Positions 31,250 through 41,845 of a stretch of DNA of 64,000 bases are shown one piece after another (the stretch's first letter is position 1; every line of letters begins with the position of its first letter). A program made the translations under genes and the position numbers. Source of the DNA: Trypanosoma brucei. Taxonomy: Eukaryota. The notes beneath the pieces were generated by a model. The model was not told the origin of the DNA. It did no database searches and saw nothing but the letters and a program-made list of their open reading frames with translations. The stretch lies in the NCBI GenBank assembly GCA_000002445.1, contig CP000066.1, positions 1,504,001 through 1,568,000 on the forward strand. Direction: 5' to 3'.

Positions 31250-33319
31250 ATGACATCCCGACCCTTGACGGGGTTGCGGGCGCCCTCATCTATGGGAGTG
31301 GCAGGTGGACTCGTCACAGCAGGTATGAGACCAACAACAACATCAGGTGGTGGCACAACGTTAGGACGCATTCAGGCAAAGATTCAAGACGGTAATTTCA
31401 CCGCCACGGTATACGGGTACATTCGAGATCATAAATATGACGAAGCAATTGAGGTGCTTCTCCTTCAATTGGACGAGTTCCCGCGTAGCCGCGCAGCCAT
31501 TTCCCTCATTGCCTACTGCTACTACCACGTTGGGGATTTTGCGGAGGCGGCACGCATGTATCAACAGCTAGTAAAGATATGCCCAAATGTGGAAGAATAC
31601 CGTGTTTATCTCTGCCAATCACTTTATAAAGCTGGAGCGTACGTGGAAGCAAGCAAGATGTGCACTATGATCGAGTCTGAGCAATATTCCATGCGGTTGA
31701 TGAAGTTGCAGGCCTCGATAGCGTACGAACAGGAGGAAATTCCACAAACAAAGTCATTCTTGGAAAAATGCCCGCCAGAGGACCCTGAAGTAATTATACT
31801 GCAGGGTTGTGTATTGTGCAATGAAGGCAGTTATGAGGAAGCGCTAGCAAAGTTTCAGGAGGCGCAGGCTGGTTTGGGTTTCAAGCCAGATCTTGCGTAC
31901 AACATTGCTTTAACGTACTACCGGATGCAACAGTACGGACCATCACTCAAGCACATCGCGGAAATTATTGAGCGCGGGATTCAAGAACACCCCGAACTTA
32001 ATATTGGGAGCAACACGGAAGGTAATGAGGCGAGATCTGTGGGTAACACTCAGTTATTGAAGGAAACCGCTCTCGTAGAAGCGTTTAACCTAAAAACAGC
32101 TATAGAGTTCATGATGAAGAACATGTCGGCAGCGAAAGAGGCCCTTACTGACATGCCACCCCGTCTGCAAGAGGAACTCGATCCCGTTACGCTGCACAAC
32201 ACTGCTCTGGTAAACATGCCAGAAGATCCATCTATTGGTTTCAGCAAGCTGAACTTCCTACTTCAAAATCCACCCTTTCCGCCGGAAACGTTCCAAAACC
32301 TATTATTGTTTTACTGTAAGTACCAGTACTTTGATCTTGCGGCTGATGTTCTTGCGGAGAACCCCCACCTCAGCTGGAAGTACCTCTCGCAGCAGAACCA
32401 GTCGCTATATGACTTTCTTGACGGATTAATCACAGCGCAGACATCACCTGCTGAGGCCTACCGAAAGTTTGACATATTAGCCCAGCACCACATTGACCAA
32501 CTTCGTAGGCTCACGAAGAAACTTCAGGATGCAAAACAGAACCAAGACAAGAACAGCGTCCGCACTGCATTGCGAAACTATGACGAGGCGTTGGAGGATT
32601 ACATTCCTGTGCTAATGGCTCAGGCAAATATTTACTGGGAAATTGAAAACTATCCGATGGTCGAAAAGCTGTTCCGTCAGTCTGCAGAATTTTGTTCTGA
32701 GCACGAGATTTGGAAGCTGAACGTAGCCCATGTATTTTTCATGCAGGAAACTAAATTTCGTGAAGCAATTCGTTACTATGAACCTGTAGTGGAGGCAAAT
32801 GAGGAAAATTTACTTAACTGCAGTGCCATTGTGTTGGCCAACTTGTGCGTAGCGTACATTATGACGGCACTCAATGATAAGGCGGAGGAAATTATGAGGC
32901 GCATCGAGCGTGAGGAAGAGAAACTTCTTTATGTGGATCCAGAAAAGCAACCACTTCATTTGTGCATTGTGAACCTCGTTATCGGTACGCTGTACTGCTC
33001 CAAAGGGAATTTTGAGTTTGGTATTTCTCGCATCGTTAAATCTTTAGAGCCATACCATCGGAAAATCATGACCGACACGTGGTTTTATGCCAAACGTTGC
33101 TTCCTTGCCCTTGCTATGCATCTTGCCAAACATATGGTTGTTCTAAAAGACGGAACGTTTGATGAGATTCTTAATTTCTTTGATCAGGCGGATCGCTACG
33201 GGGAGAAGATACCTGCCTTCGTACATCCCGATCCTAGCAAGCAGGAAAACACATCCAAGAACACCGTGCGCTGGGAGGCGCGGCAACTTAAGCATTTATA
33301 TTTGCATATGCGTGAGTAA
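31250..33319 (+). CDS. IFT70: Intraflagellar transport protein IFT70 (TTC30/DYF-1/fleer TPR protein)
   Basis: ATG at 31250. Extended colinear similarity to TTC30A/B as recalled, including IAEIIERGIQEHPELNIGSNTEG...SVGNTQLLKETALVEAFNLKTAIEF, DMPPRLQEELDPVTLHN, NPPFPPETFQNLLLFYCKYQYFDLAADVLAEN, IPVLMAQANIYWEIENYPMVEKLFRQS and CIVNLVIGTLYCSKGNFEFGISRIVKSLEPY. Confidence 0.85.
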   Translation: MTSRPLTGLRAPSSMGVAGGLVTAGMRPTTTSGGGTTLGRIQAKIQDGNFTATVYGYIRDHKYDEAIEVLLLQLDEFPRSRAAISLIAYCYYHVGDFAEAARMYQQLVKICPNVEEYRVYLCQSLYKAGAYVEASKMCTMIESEQYSMRLMKLQASIAYEQEEIPQTKSFLEKCPPEDPEVIILQGCVLCNEGSYEEALAKFQEAQAGLGFKPDLAYNIALTYYRMQQYGPSLKHIAEIIERGIQEHPELNIGSNTEGNEARSVGNTQLLKETALVEAFNLKTAIEFMMKNMSAAKEALTDMPPRLQEELDPVTLHNTALVNMPEDPSIGFSKLNFLLQNPPFPPETFQNLLLFYCKYQYFDLAADVLAENPHLSWKYLSQQNQSLYDFLDGLITAQTSPAEAYRKFDILAQHHIDQLRRLTKKLQDAKQNQDKNSVRTALRNYDEALEDYIPVLMAQANIYWEIENYPMVEKLFRQSAEFCSEHEIWKLNVAHVFFMQETKFREAIRYYEPVVEANEENLLNCSAIVLANLCVAYIMTALNDKAEEIMRRIEREEEKLLYVDPEKQPLHLCIVNLVIGTLYCSKGNFEFGISRIVKSLEPYHRKIMTDTWFYAKRCFLALAMHLAKHMVVLKDGTFDEILNFFDQADRYGEKIPAFVHPDPSKQENTSKNTVRWEARQLKHLYLHMRE

Positions 33320-33616
33320 TTTACTTACCTGAAAAGGGTGTACACCGTTACACTTCGACATTTCCTCCTGCTCCTTCTCTTCTCTTCTCTTCCCTCCCCG
33401 CCCCTTCCCTTCCTTTCAGATTTGATTTCCTTTCACTATTTCATATTTAAGAGAGGCGTAACAGTTTTTGTCTTTTATCCTGTTTTTCAGTGATGAGTAC
33501 TTTGAATTCGTCACAGTAAACTGCTACTTTGTTGCGTCTTGCTTGCAGAGGAAGGAGTGAGGAGTGATGTAAAAGAGAAGAAAGTGGGTCCCGGTGTACA
33601 CTGGAGAGAGAGAAAA

Positions 33617-33706
33617 GGGGGAGGGGATCAAAAAAGAAAAATTATAGAAGAGAAGAAAAAGGGGGTGGGAACAAAACAGCAGCGATTAGGGAGGGGGGGG
33701 GGGAGG
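33617..33706 (+). repeat. Polypurine block with multiple G-runs (G5, G4, G5, G3, G11): G-quadruplex-capable
   Basis: aaaagggggaggggatc ... gggggtggga ... ttagggagggggggggggaggaaatc. It lies inside a ~200-nt GA-rich segment flanked on both sides by CT-rich segments (33331-33420 and 33781-33900). Confidence 0.8.
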
Positions 33707-33780
33707 AAATCAAGGAAAAGGCATGAACTATTTGTGTTAACTGAACAATAGGGAGGGGAAGCTCCCGTCTTGTTGTGTCA

Positions 33781-33900
33781 TGGAGCTCGTTGCGGTGTCG
33801 TGCATTTTTTTTTCTTCTCTGTGATTCCTTCTTCCCTCCCTTTGATGTTTCGTTTACGATTTCCCTCACCGCTCTCTTTTTTTTCTTTTCGGCCTTTGAT
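33781..33900 (+). promoter_or_regulatory. Pyrimidine-rich tract upstream of RPB3
   Basis: ttttttttcttctctgtgattccttcttccctccctttgatgtttcgtttacgatttccctcaccgctctcttttttttcttttcggcc. Confidence 0.45.
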
Positions 33901-34251
33901 TCGTTTGTTGAGTTACTAGAGCTGCTTTGCATATCCGCTTCCCGGTTGAGCACTGTCAAAATCAATAAAAGATATGTTGTTGTGCATGCACGCCCATGAT
34001 CATGCAACTTCCACTTGAGCAATTACAAATTTATGGTTGGTGGCGTTGCCTGTTGTACTTTTGCTTTTATTCAATTACCGCTCTCAATTTCATTTTTCAT
34101 TTCATTTTATTTTTAATAAACTTGTTTACCTGCTTTTGCTTCACCTTGATTTTGATTTATTTATTTATTTATTTGGAGGTGGTGGTAGCGAAAGAAGAAG
34201 AAAAAAAAAAAGAAATTCCCTCGAGGCCCTTTTGACGGTGCCACCTCACGT

Positions 34252-35265
34252 ATGAAGGTGACGATTGTAGACTGCAAGAGACATGAGCACTCAGCTGGGG
34301 AAACGTTGGTGTTTAAACTAAACGAAGTCGACAATTCATTTGCCAACGGACTCCGACGCGTGCTTCTGGCAGAGGTTCCAGTACTCGGAGTGGAATCTGT
34401 GACCATAATTCAAAACACATCGGTCCTTCCTGATGAAATGATTGCGCACCGAATCGGCCTTGTGCCCCTTTACTCTAAGAGGGCAAAACAGATGCAGTTT
34501 TTTCACGACTGCCTGTGCGGTGGGACTGGTTGTATTGAATGTCAAATAACAGGAGAGTTGAAGGTTCGTTGCCCTTCAAACCAACACAGTTTGCAAGTTT
34601 TCGCAGATTCTCTTAAAATTGACGACGAAGGGGTTTACCCCGTGAGTTCAGAGGAACGTGGTGTTTGGTTGTTAACGTTGGGTCGCTCGCAGGAAATTAA
34701 CCTCCGCGTGCTAATCCGAAAAAGTATTGCCAAAACACACGCCAAGTTTATGCCAGTTTCTACGGTTTCGATGCGCTACGAACCGGAGGTGATATTGAAT
34801 AAAGATGTGATTTCTAGTCTTGACCCTGAACAACTTCGGCAGTGGATGCGGTCTTGTGTCCATCGTCCACATTCCATTGCTGAGAGTAATGGAGAAGGGC
34901 ACACGGGCCACATTGACGTCAATAAGTTATGCGAGGAGTGTTTGTTGAAGGAACCGTCAGTTGTCTCCTTCACTGAGCCACTTGTCTTCGCGCGTCCCAA
35001 GAAAGATGCACGTGGGCATTATAACTTTACATTCACAGTGGAGACTACTGGCGTCCTTCCTGTACTTCAGTTAATAAGAGATGCGGTTGATGTGCTGCGT
35101 CGTAAACTCCAGCGCGTGCACGAATGTCTCACTGAGAGGGTTGTTCCCGGAGATTTAGTGGAAACCCGACCTATTGGTGATGCACCAACTGCACCCGTTG
35201 TGGTGAATGAAGACATTATGGACACCAAAGGCGCGGAGGACGATCTCAAGTTCGTGATGAATTGA
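34252..35265 (+). CDS. RPB3: DNA-directed RNA polymerase II subunit RPB3 (alpha-like subunit)
   Basis: ATG at 34252. ANGLRRVLLAEVPVLGVESVTIIQNTSVLPDEMIAHRIGLVPL matches the RpoA/Rpb3 dimerisation motif. CLCGGTGCIECQ is a CxCx3CxxC zinc loop characteristic of Rpb3 rather than AC40. The K..AKTHAKFMPV motif is conserved. Confidence 0.8.
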   Translation: MKVTIVDCKRHEHSAGETLVFKLNEVDNSFANGLRRVLLAEVPVLGVESVTIIQNTSVLPDEMIAHRIGLVPLYSKRAKQMQFFHDCLCGGTGCIECQITGELKVRCPSNQHSLQVFADSLKIDDEGVYPVSSEERGVWLLTLGRSQEINLRVLIRKSIAKTHAKFMPVSTVSMRYEPEVILNKDVISSLDPEQLRQWMRSCVHRPHSIAESNGEGHTGHIDVNKLCEECLLKEPSVVSFTEPLVFARPKKDARGHYNFTFTVETTGVLPVLQLIRDAVDVLRRKLQRVHECLTERVVPGDLVETRPIGDAPTAPVVVNEDIMDTKGAEDDLKFVMN

Positions 35266-35598
35266 AAGACGTTGCGAAGTCTCACCACATGGGGGTACAT
35301 ATTCGCACGCACATCCGTACACTTTTCGTGGTAACTCCTCTGCTTGTTTACTCATAATTCAAGCGTCGGGTTACCTTGCGATGCTCCTGTTTCTACGTTA
35401 ATGAGGATGTCGCCTTGAGTAAAATACCATGGGTTTAACTAATACAAACTTTCCTTGTAAATCATCTTTTTTTTTTCTTTGCTCTTTGTAGGTAGTAGTG
35501 GTCTGGGTTTGGTGGGCAAGTACTCATTGGGAATCGTGGAGGGTAACAGAGAGAGAGAGAGTGCTGGATAAAAAAGAAAAGAAAAAGTGTGTGTAGAA

Positions 35599-38178
35599 AT
35601 GCCACCACCGGCTCTACCAACAATTCGCCACCCAAGTGGTCTCCAGAAACCTCCACTGCCTGCAATCAGGAAACCCACCATGGATGATGGAGTCGCGCGG
35701 ATGTTGGAAACTGGAAACTTGTCTGCAGATGTTGATTTGGAGGAATTCTTCAATAAAGAAGGTGTCTTTAAAGCCGTGAAGGCACCAGTACACCCCGTTA
35801 AGGAGCGACAACTTCCCAGAGTCATGACAAAGACGTCTTCGTACGCAAGATACAATGGAGTATTGTTAGACATCGAGGACATCCGTAAGATTCCACCGAA
35901 GTTGAATTTGCAGGATCTTCGGGAGTGGGAAAATGGTGTAGATGATGACGACGATGCAAGCGATGTGACGTCTTCGTTGTACGGCACAGTACTAAAGAAC
36001 GCTGGAGAAATCATGACCCATTTGCAGGCTCCGCAGCGTAATGACACACGTACATATGTAGAACTTTTAGATGAGTACTCTATGCACGAATTTATTATCA
36101 GAAAGGGAATGACGCTCCGAAATACACCGGAGTTTGCCTCTTTCAAGCGTCGATATAATTCCTGTTGGGGCAACATCGAGCATATAGTGGTGAAGTTGGA
36201 GAACTTCCTCAAAATGTATAACGTCGAACTTGCTTTTGTGGATGGTAGAAAAGTCGCTGAGTTAGCTGCCTTTCAAGTGGATGACATTTTGAAGCGTGAG
36301 GATCTGTTACAGTGCTTTGCAAATCACGAAGAAGTAGAAGAGATGACTGCAAATGTGTCACAGTTGTATGCCGCTGCAGACAGCGGCCGAAAGTTGGCAG
36401 TAGAAAAAATTCAAGCTACGTGGCGTATGTACCAACAGCGCATCGCCTATCGGCATTTACTTGATGGAAAGAAGGCTGCCACTACCGTACAGCGCGCATG
36501 GACGTTATACCGGTTGCATTGTACAACGAGGAAGACAATCAAGGCGTTACGCGAAACGCGTTTACTTCGGTGGAAACACACGATGGAAGAGTTTATAAGG
36601 AAGTGGCCCAAGATCAGGGATGGGCCTCGACGCATCATCCATGTGCCGTCGTTGTCGTATCCACGCTTTCATGCGAAGCACGTCCCGTTTTACCTTCTCC
36701 TTCAAATGGGGCAAATCATTCGTGTGTCGGATCTTAAGGATCCCAACGTTGAAATAATTCTTATTGTCCCCATGAGGCCGGAACCAGAGATATTAGAGTA
36801 TTATTACTCAATGTTGGCGAGCGCCGGCGTACCAGACGTGAAAAGTCGTTTAACCTTGCTAGTTCCTGAGGAGGCGAAGCGGCTTCCAGGTGTTCTCAGT
36901 TTGACGAGGCTGATGCTTCTCAGCTCAAGGCTGATGAAATGCCTCGCGTCAGCGAGCAAAGGCCGCGACACCTACATCGTTCCTGGTGTTGTGGGTGCTG
37001 AGGAGTTATCTCTTGCCACCGAACTGAATGTACCAATGCTTAGTGCAGATCCAAATATTGCTCAGGCGTTTGGAACAAAAAGTGGGGGTCGGCGGCTGAT
37101 GGATTTAGCGGCCGTGCCGGCCCCTCCCGGTGCGCATGGGCTCAACGATAGGAATGATCTTCTCTCTGCGTTGGCGTTGCTTATGGTTAATTACAGGGAG
37201 GTTTCTCGGTGGCTTGTTAAGTTAGATACAGAATCTGGGAGTCGTGGTCACGCTTATTTTGATGTGAATCGTATTCACGTCATGGCTGGCGTCGACGAGA
37301 GCAAGAAGACGTATGAAAATGTTTTAGCTGAACTTAAGCAGCACGCCGGTAAGCGGGCCCGGCTGCTTAATCCGCTTAGTTACTCTGACTGGGAAGCATA
37401 TCTGAATATGTTCGACGTGGTTGGAGGTTGTGTAGAGGCGGTACCCAATCGAATTAAGACATCCCTGACGGCAAATCTTTTCGTGGAACCGAGCGGTGTA
37501 GTGGCAGTTAACTCTGTTGTAGAACCGATGCTTGCTCCTGCTTTTACGGTTATTGGATGTCAGTATCCGTTTTCAAAGGTGGTCCCGTACGCTGCGGTGC
37601 GTGATGCAGCGCTGGCTTTGGCCAAGGCTGCGTATCACAAGGGTATTATGGGCTACATGTCTGTTGATTTTGTTGTCACAGATGTCAGCGAGAATTCTTT
37701 ACCTCGGTTGTATGCGGTTGATGTTGACCTTTGCTTAACCAATAACGCAGCAGCGCATAGCTTCGCCTGTCTAGTGGCCGGTTGTGAATGGAATGCCGAG
37801 GAGGGAACCTGCTTATTCCGTGGCACCGCTAATAGTCTGTCATATGCGTATAGTGGGTTGATATATAGCCCACTTCTCGCTTCCGTGAGGCACAAGTCAT
37901 TCTTTACTCTTTGTCATCGAAAGGGGTTAACATTTGATAGCCAATTACAGTCTGGTATTGTGTATCACCTACTTTCCATTATCACATGTGGCTGCGTTGG
38001 TGTGTTGTCTCTCGGAACACAGCGCAATGTTGTGGCCAGGAAAATGAAGGAATTTCAAAGCTTACTGAACTTGGAGTTGCCAAAACAGGGCGAGCACACG
38101 GGGGAAAGTAACATCATGTACTTCTATTCTGCAACCCACCAACTGGTACGTTCTGTGCAAGTATCTGAAATGAAGTAA
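35599..38178 (+). CDS. IQ calmodulin-binding motif protein, large C-terminal domain of unknown function
   Basis: ORF-track start 35587 is GTG; first ATG at 35599. Tandem IQ motifs: IQATWRMYQQRIAYRHL and TVQRAWTLYRLHCTTRKTIKALRE. Confidence 0.55.
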   Translation: MPPPALPTIRHPSGLQKPPLPAIRKPTMDDGVARMLETGNLSADVDLEEFFNKEGVFKAVKAPVHPVKERQLPRVMTKTSSYARYNGVLLDIEDIRKIPPKLNLQDLREWENGVDDDDDASDVTSSLYGTVLKNAGEIMTHLQAPQRNDTRTYVELLDEYSMHEFIIRKGMTLRNTPEFASFKRRYNSCWGNIEHIVVKLENFLKMYNVELAFVDGRKVAELAAFQVDDILKREDLLQCFANHEEVEEMTANVSQLYAAADSGRKLAVEKIQATWRMYQQRIAYRHLLDGKKAATTVQRAWTLYRLHCTTRKTIKALRETRLLRWKHTMEEFIRKWPKIRDGPRRIIHVPSLSYPRFHAKHVPFYLLLQMGQIIRVSDLKDPNVEIILIVPMRPEPEILEYYYSMLASAGVPDVKSRLTLLVPEEAKRLPGVLSLTRLMLLSSRLMKCLASASKGRDTYIVPGVVGAEELSLATELNVPMLSADPNIAQAFGTKSGGRRLMDLAAVPAPPGAHGLNDRNDLLSALALLMVNYREVSRWLVKLDTESGSRGHAYFDVNRIHVMAGVDESKKTYENVLAELKQHAGKRARLLNPLSYSDWEAYLNMFDVVGGCVEAVPNRIKTSLTANLFVEPSGVVAVNSVVEPMLAPAFTVIGCQYPFSKVVPYAAVRDAALALAKAAYHKGIMGYMSVDFVVTDVSENSLPRLYAVDVDLCLTNNAAAHSFACLVAGCEWNAEEGTCLFRGTANSLSYAYSGLIYSPLLASVRHKSFFTLCHRKGLTFDSQLQSGIVYHLLSIITCGCVGVLSLGTQRNVVARKMKEFQSLLNLELPKQGEHTGESNIMYFYSATHQLVRSVQVSEMK

Positions 38179-38640
38179 TGTGTCGTTGGTGTGGTGGGGA
38201 AGTGGAGTATGGAAATTATTTTGGAATCACACTTTCTGATGACTAAAATTTGTGGTGCAAACATGTCGTACATGGATCGTAACTGCGTCTCATTTAAACC
38301 CACACGAAATGTAACTTGCGAACAGGTGTGTTAAGGTTCTTTCGCTACCCCATGCGAGTTGTTATCGTTGCAGCTTTATTGTAAATGAAGGAGCCATCAC
38401 CACCTCTTCCACCACTCCGTCTTCTTCTGTACATGTAACTTACAGTGCTTATTTCCCCCTCCTGAATGTGTGTGTGTGTGTGTTTTTGTGCGTTCTTTTG
38501 TTGTTGATGTTGCTGTTACCATTCAGTTGCAATTGTTCATACACATTTCACACGCCCTTTTACTCACATGACTCTTTTCCACATTCATCCCTCTCGCTGC
38601 GGTCGTTTTCATTCCGGTCGCCAGCACAGAAGGCGCACCT

Positions 38641-38700
38641 TTCAGTTGTTGTTTAGGTTTAGGCTTTTTTTTGTTGTTTTCCCTTTTTCATATTTGTTAC
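38641..38700 (+). promoter_or_regulatory. Pyrimidine-rich tract upstream of RPN1
   Basis: ttcagttgttgtttaggtttaggcttttttttgttgttttccctttttcatatttgtt. Confidence 0.4.
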
Positions 38701-38912
38701 TCTGCGTATTCCTCCGTGGGAGTATTTTTCATACCTCTGAAGGCCCACCAATAAGGCACCATTGTTACTGACTCCCTACATTAAGGGGTGTTGTAGTGCA
38801 TTTGAAGGGAGAAGGCGGGTGCTGCGTGGAGAAAGCGAGAGGCAAAGGAAAAGGAAACAGAAAAAGCTGTGTTGGTCAGAGGAAGCGGGAGGAAGGTAAA
38901 TATCATCAGGTC

Positions 38913-41648
38913 ATGTCGGACAACAGAAAAGCAGTGGACGTTACCGTTCTGTCAGAGGATCCTAAGAAGAAAGAAAATGAGAAGAAAGCACGTGAGGCTG
39001 AGTCGCTGAAGATGAGTGAAGAGGATGAACGCATAAAAGGCCAAGTTGAACTTCTTGTTACGCGCGTGGGCGACAGCAACACTGAGTTGGCAGCGGTTGC
39101 GGTTGATCAACTGATTGATTTGCTGCGGACGCACACAAGCGGCAGCGTGGCATCGGTTCCAAAACCACTCAAGTATGTCCGCTCCATGTACGGGCAATTG
39201 GAGAGGGTTCAGAAAGAGACTACTAACCCTAAGCTCGCTGTTCGCCTCCACGACGTACTTTCTTTCGTGGCTATGACCATTGAGTTCCCTGATGGCCAGC
39301 GTCCGGCTCTAGAGCACAAATTGCTAGGTACTCAAGATGATCTCGCCCATTGGGGTCACGAGTATCTCCGCTTCCTCGCCGGGTGCATTAGTACAGAGTG
39401 GAAGGAACGTGTTAGCAAAGGAGAAAGTGTCGTCCACTTGGATGGCTTTATTCAACAAATTGTGAGCTATATGGTGAAACACCAGGATGAACCTACAGCC
39501 GTCGACCTCCTTATGGAAGTGGAGAACATCAAAGCAATCATTCCATTTATTGATGGTCACAACCACAGGCGTATTGCATCTTACTTGGCTGCTGCGAGTA
39601 AGTATTTAACTCGTCCAATGGACACTGAGGCTCTCCGTGTGGTGTATGATATTTATGTAAAAATGGAATCGTACACGGAGGCTCTCTTTGTAGCCTTGCA
39701 GTTAGGTGATCGTGCTGCCGTGGAGAACCTCTTCAAAATGTGCGAGAAGTCTTCTGTAAGCTTGCAAATGGCGCTGAGTTGTGCGCGCTATAGGTTTTTC
39801 CTTCCAAACGACAATGAGGAACAAGGAATTCTCTCTAGTGCTAACGGTAATATGAAACTTTCAGAGCTGTATCGTCACGTCGCAACGGAGCTTGATGCTA
39901 TGACTCCGCTGACACCCGAGGATATATTTAAGACAGGTCTTGACGGGAAGCAGTCCAGCAGTGCCTCTGACAGCTCCTTCAAACTTGCATGTTCCTTCGC
40001 TAGTGGTCTCGTAAACTGTGGATATGGTAAGGATATGTATTTGACAGGTGAGGAAGCCACGTGGCCCAGTGAGCAAACTGATAACCGCCTCTTCGCAACA
40101 ACATCCATGTTGGGGCTTATTCATCTATGGGATCACGCGGACGGTCTACTGGAAATTGAAAAATACCTCCACTCAGATACTGTCAATATCAGAGCCGGTG
40201 CTTGCCTGGCCACTGGTATTTCCCTATGCGGGGTGAGCCATCCCTACGACCCTGCTCTTGGACTCCTCAACGATTTTGTGTGTGCCCCGCATAAAGAGGT
40301 CAGGATTGGTGCTATTCTTGGCTTAGGTTACGCTTATGCAGGGTCGATGCGGGAGGAAATAAGGGAATTGTTGGTACCAATCCTTATCGATGGCGAACAA
40401 ACAATGGAGGTTCAGTGTTTGACAGCGCTTGCACTTTCAATGGTTTTCGTCGGCTCCACAGACGAGGGGATGGTCGAGACGATAACGCATATTCTTTTGG
40501 AGATGCCAGAAAAGGACCTAAAGGAATCCGCCACCTGCTACATTATCCTTGCACTGGGCTGCCTGTTTCTTGGACGGCAAGAAGCTGCTGATACTCTTCT
40601 GGACACTTTGCAAACATCTTCACCTATTATAAGACGTTATGCAGAGATCGTAGTGCGTAGCTGCGCCTACGCGGCAACAGGGAACGTGGTTGTCATCCAG
40701 AACTTCTTTCACGCAATCGCCGAGAACGATGAGCCTGAAGATACTGAGGTTCCTGCGGCCGAGGGCGACGGAAATGGTCAACAGCAGAAAAAAAACCGAC
40801 AGCAGCAGTCCACAGAGAATGCAGCGCATTTAAACTATAAGGCCGCTGCAGTACTTGGTATTGCATTGGTTGCCCTTGGAGAGGATATTGGAACAGAGAT
40901 GGCCAAGCGTTCAATCATTCATACACTTCTCGTCGACACGGTGAGCAAAGGTGAGGCAAATATATCGGGCAGGCATGCCATACCCCTGGCGTACGCATTG
41001 CTTTCAGCATCCAACCCCGGTATGCAGGTCGTAGAGACACTCAACCGCCTCTCACACGACAGCGACATGCTCACTGCAATAAATGCTATTGTGGCCATGG
41101 GTGTAGTGGCTGCAGGAAGTAACAACGCCAGGGTTGTGAGCAAACTACGGAACCTCGCTTTATATTACCAGAAAGATCGCTTCGCTTCTTATCTTTTCTC
41201 GGTGAGACTTGCGCAGGGGTTTACAATGATGGGTAGGGGCCATTTAACCCTTTCCCCATTGTTGAATGACCGTTCACTGGTTTCCCCCACGGCACTCATG
41301 GGGTTGCTTGTATTTTTACACAGCGCTCTGAACTTCGAGGAAATCATCCTCGGTAAGTACAGCTATATGGTCTCCAGTATTGCTCCCAGCATTAACCCGC
41401 GCATGGTGCTTGCAGTTGATGATCAGATGGAAGTTGTTAAAGATGGCGTGCAGGTGCGCGTGGGATTGCCTGTTGATACCGTCGCTGTTGCTGGGAAACC
41501 GAAATCCATCACAGGTTTCCAGACTCAAACCACACCAACGCTTATTAGCGTCACAGACAAGGTAGAGGTTGCCTCTCAGAAGTACAGGCCGGTTGCCAGC
41601 GTTGTGGAGGGTACATTTGTTGTGGAAGAGAAACCAAATATGGAGTAG
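38913..41648 (+). CDS. RPN1: 26S proteasome regulatory subunit RPN1 (PSMD2)
   Basis: ORF-track start 38796 is GTG; first ATG at 38913 (MSDNRKAV). Strong colinear similarity to PSMD2 as recalled: SEEDERIKGQVELLVTRV, SVPKPLKYVRSMYGQL, multiple PC repeats (GAILGLGYAYAGS), and the C-terminal GKPKSITGFQTQTTPTLI. Confidence 0.85.
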   Translation: MSDNRKAVDVTVLSEDPKKKENEKKAREAESLKMSEEDERIKGQVELLVTRVGDSNTELAAVAVDQLIDLLRTHTSGSVASVPKPLKYVRSMYGQLERVQKETTNPKLAVRLHDVLSFVAMTIEFPDGQRPALEHKLLGTQDDLAHWGHEYLRFLAGCISTEWKERVSKGESVVHLDGFIQQIVSYMVKHQDEPTAVDLLMEVENIKAIIPFIDGHNHRRIASYLAAASKYLTRPMDTEALRVVYDIYVKMESYTEALFVALQLGDRAAVENLFKMCEKSSVSLQMALSCARYRFFLPNDNEEQGILSSANGNMKLSELYRHVATELDAMTPLTPEDIFKTGLDGKQSSSASDSSFKLACSFASGLVNCGYGKDMYLTGEEATWPSEQTDNRLFATTSMLGLIHLWDHADGLLEIEKYLHSDTVNIRAGACLATGISLCGVSHPYDPALGLLNDFVCAPHKEVRIGAILGLGYAYAGSMREEIRELLVPILIDGEQTMEVQCLTALALSMVFVGSTDEGMVETITHILLEMPEKDLKESATCYIILALGCLFLGRQEAADTLLDTLQTSSPIIRRYAEIVVRSCAYAATGNVVVIQNFFHAIAENDEPEDTEVPAAEGDGNGQQQKKNRQQQSTENAAHLNYKAAAVLGIALVALGEDIGTEMAKRSIIHTLLVDTVSKGEANISGRHAIPLAYALLSASNPGMQVVETLNRLSHDSDMLTAINAIVAMGVVAAGSNNARVVSKLRNLALYYQKDRFASYLFSVRLAQGFTMMGRGHLTLSPLLNDRSLVSPTALMGLLVFLHSALNFEEIILGKYSYMVSSIAPSINPRMVLAVDDQMEVVKDGVQVRVGLPVDTVAVAGKPKSITGFQTQTTPTLISVTDKVEVASQKYRPVASVVEGTFVVEEKPNME

Positions 41649-41814
41649 ACGAGGGGTTGGAGTGTGTTGCGATATAAATACCAGCAGTAAAAAGGAGTGG
41701 GAAGAATAGGAAAGCAAAAACAAAAAAAATGGAAGGGTAAGAAAGTTTCAAAAAGGGGCGATGTAACCACACGTGCGCGTACAAACAAGCAGTGGGAGTC
41801 CCAGGGGAAAGAGA

Positions 41815-41820
<6 letters not shown>

Positions 41821-41845
<25 letters not shown>
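41821..41845. repeat. (GT)12 microsatellite
   Basis: Direct reading, 3' of RPN1. Confidence 0.9.

Noticed and set aside
35439-36212. 257-aa minus-strand ORF overlapping the start of the IQ-motif gene
   Set aside because: Ser-rich low-complexity translation antisense to a well-supported + strand gene. Opposite-strand overlap is not expected inside a kinetoplastid polycistron.
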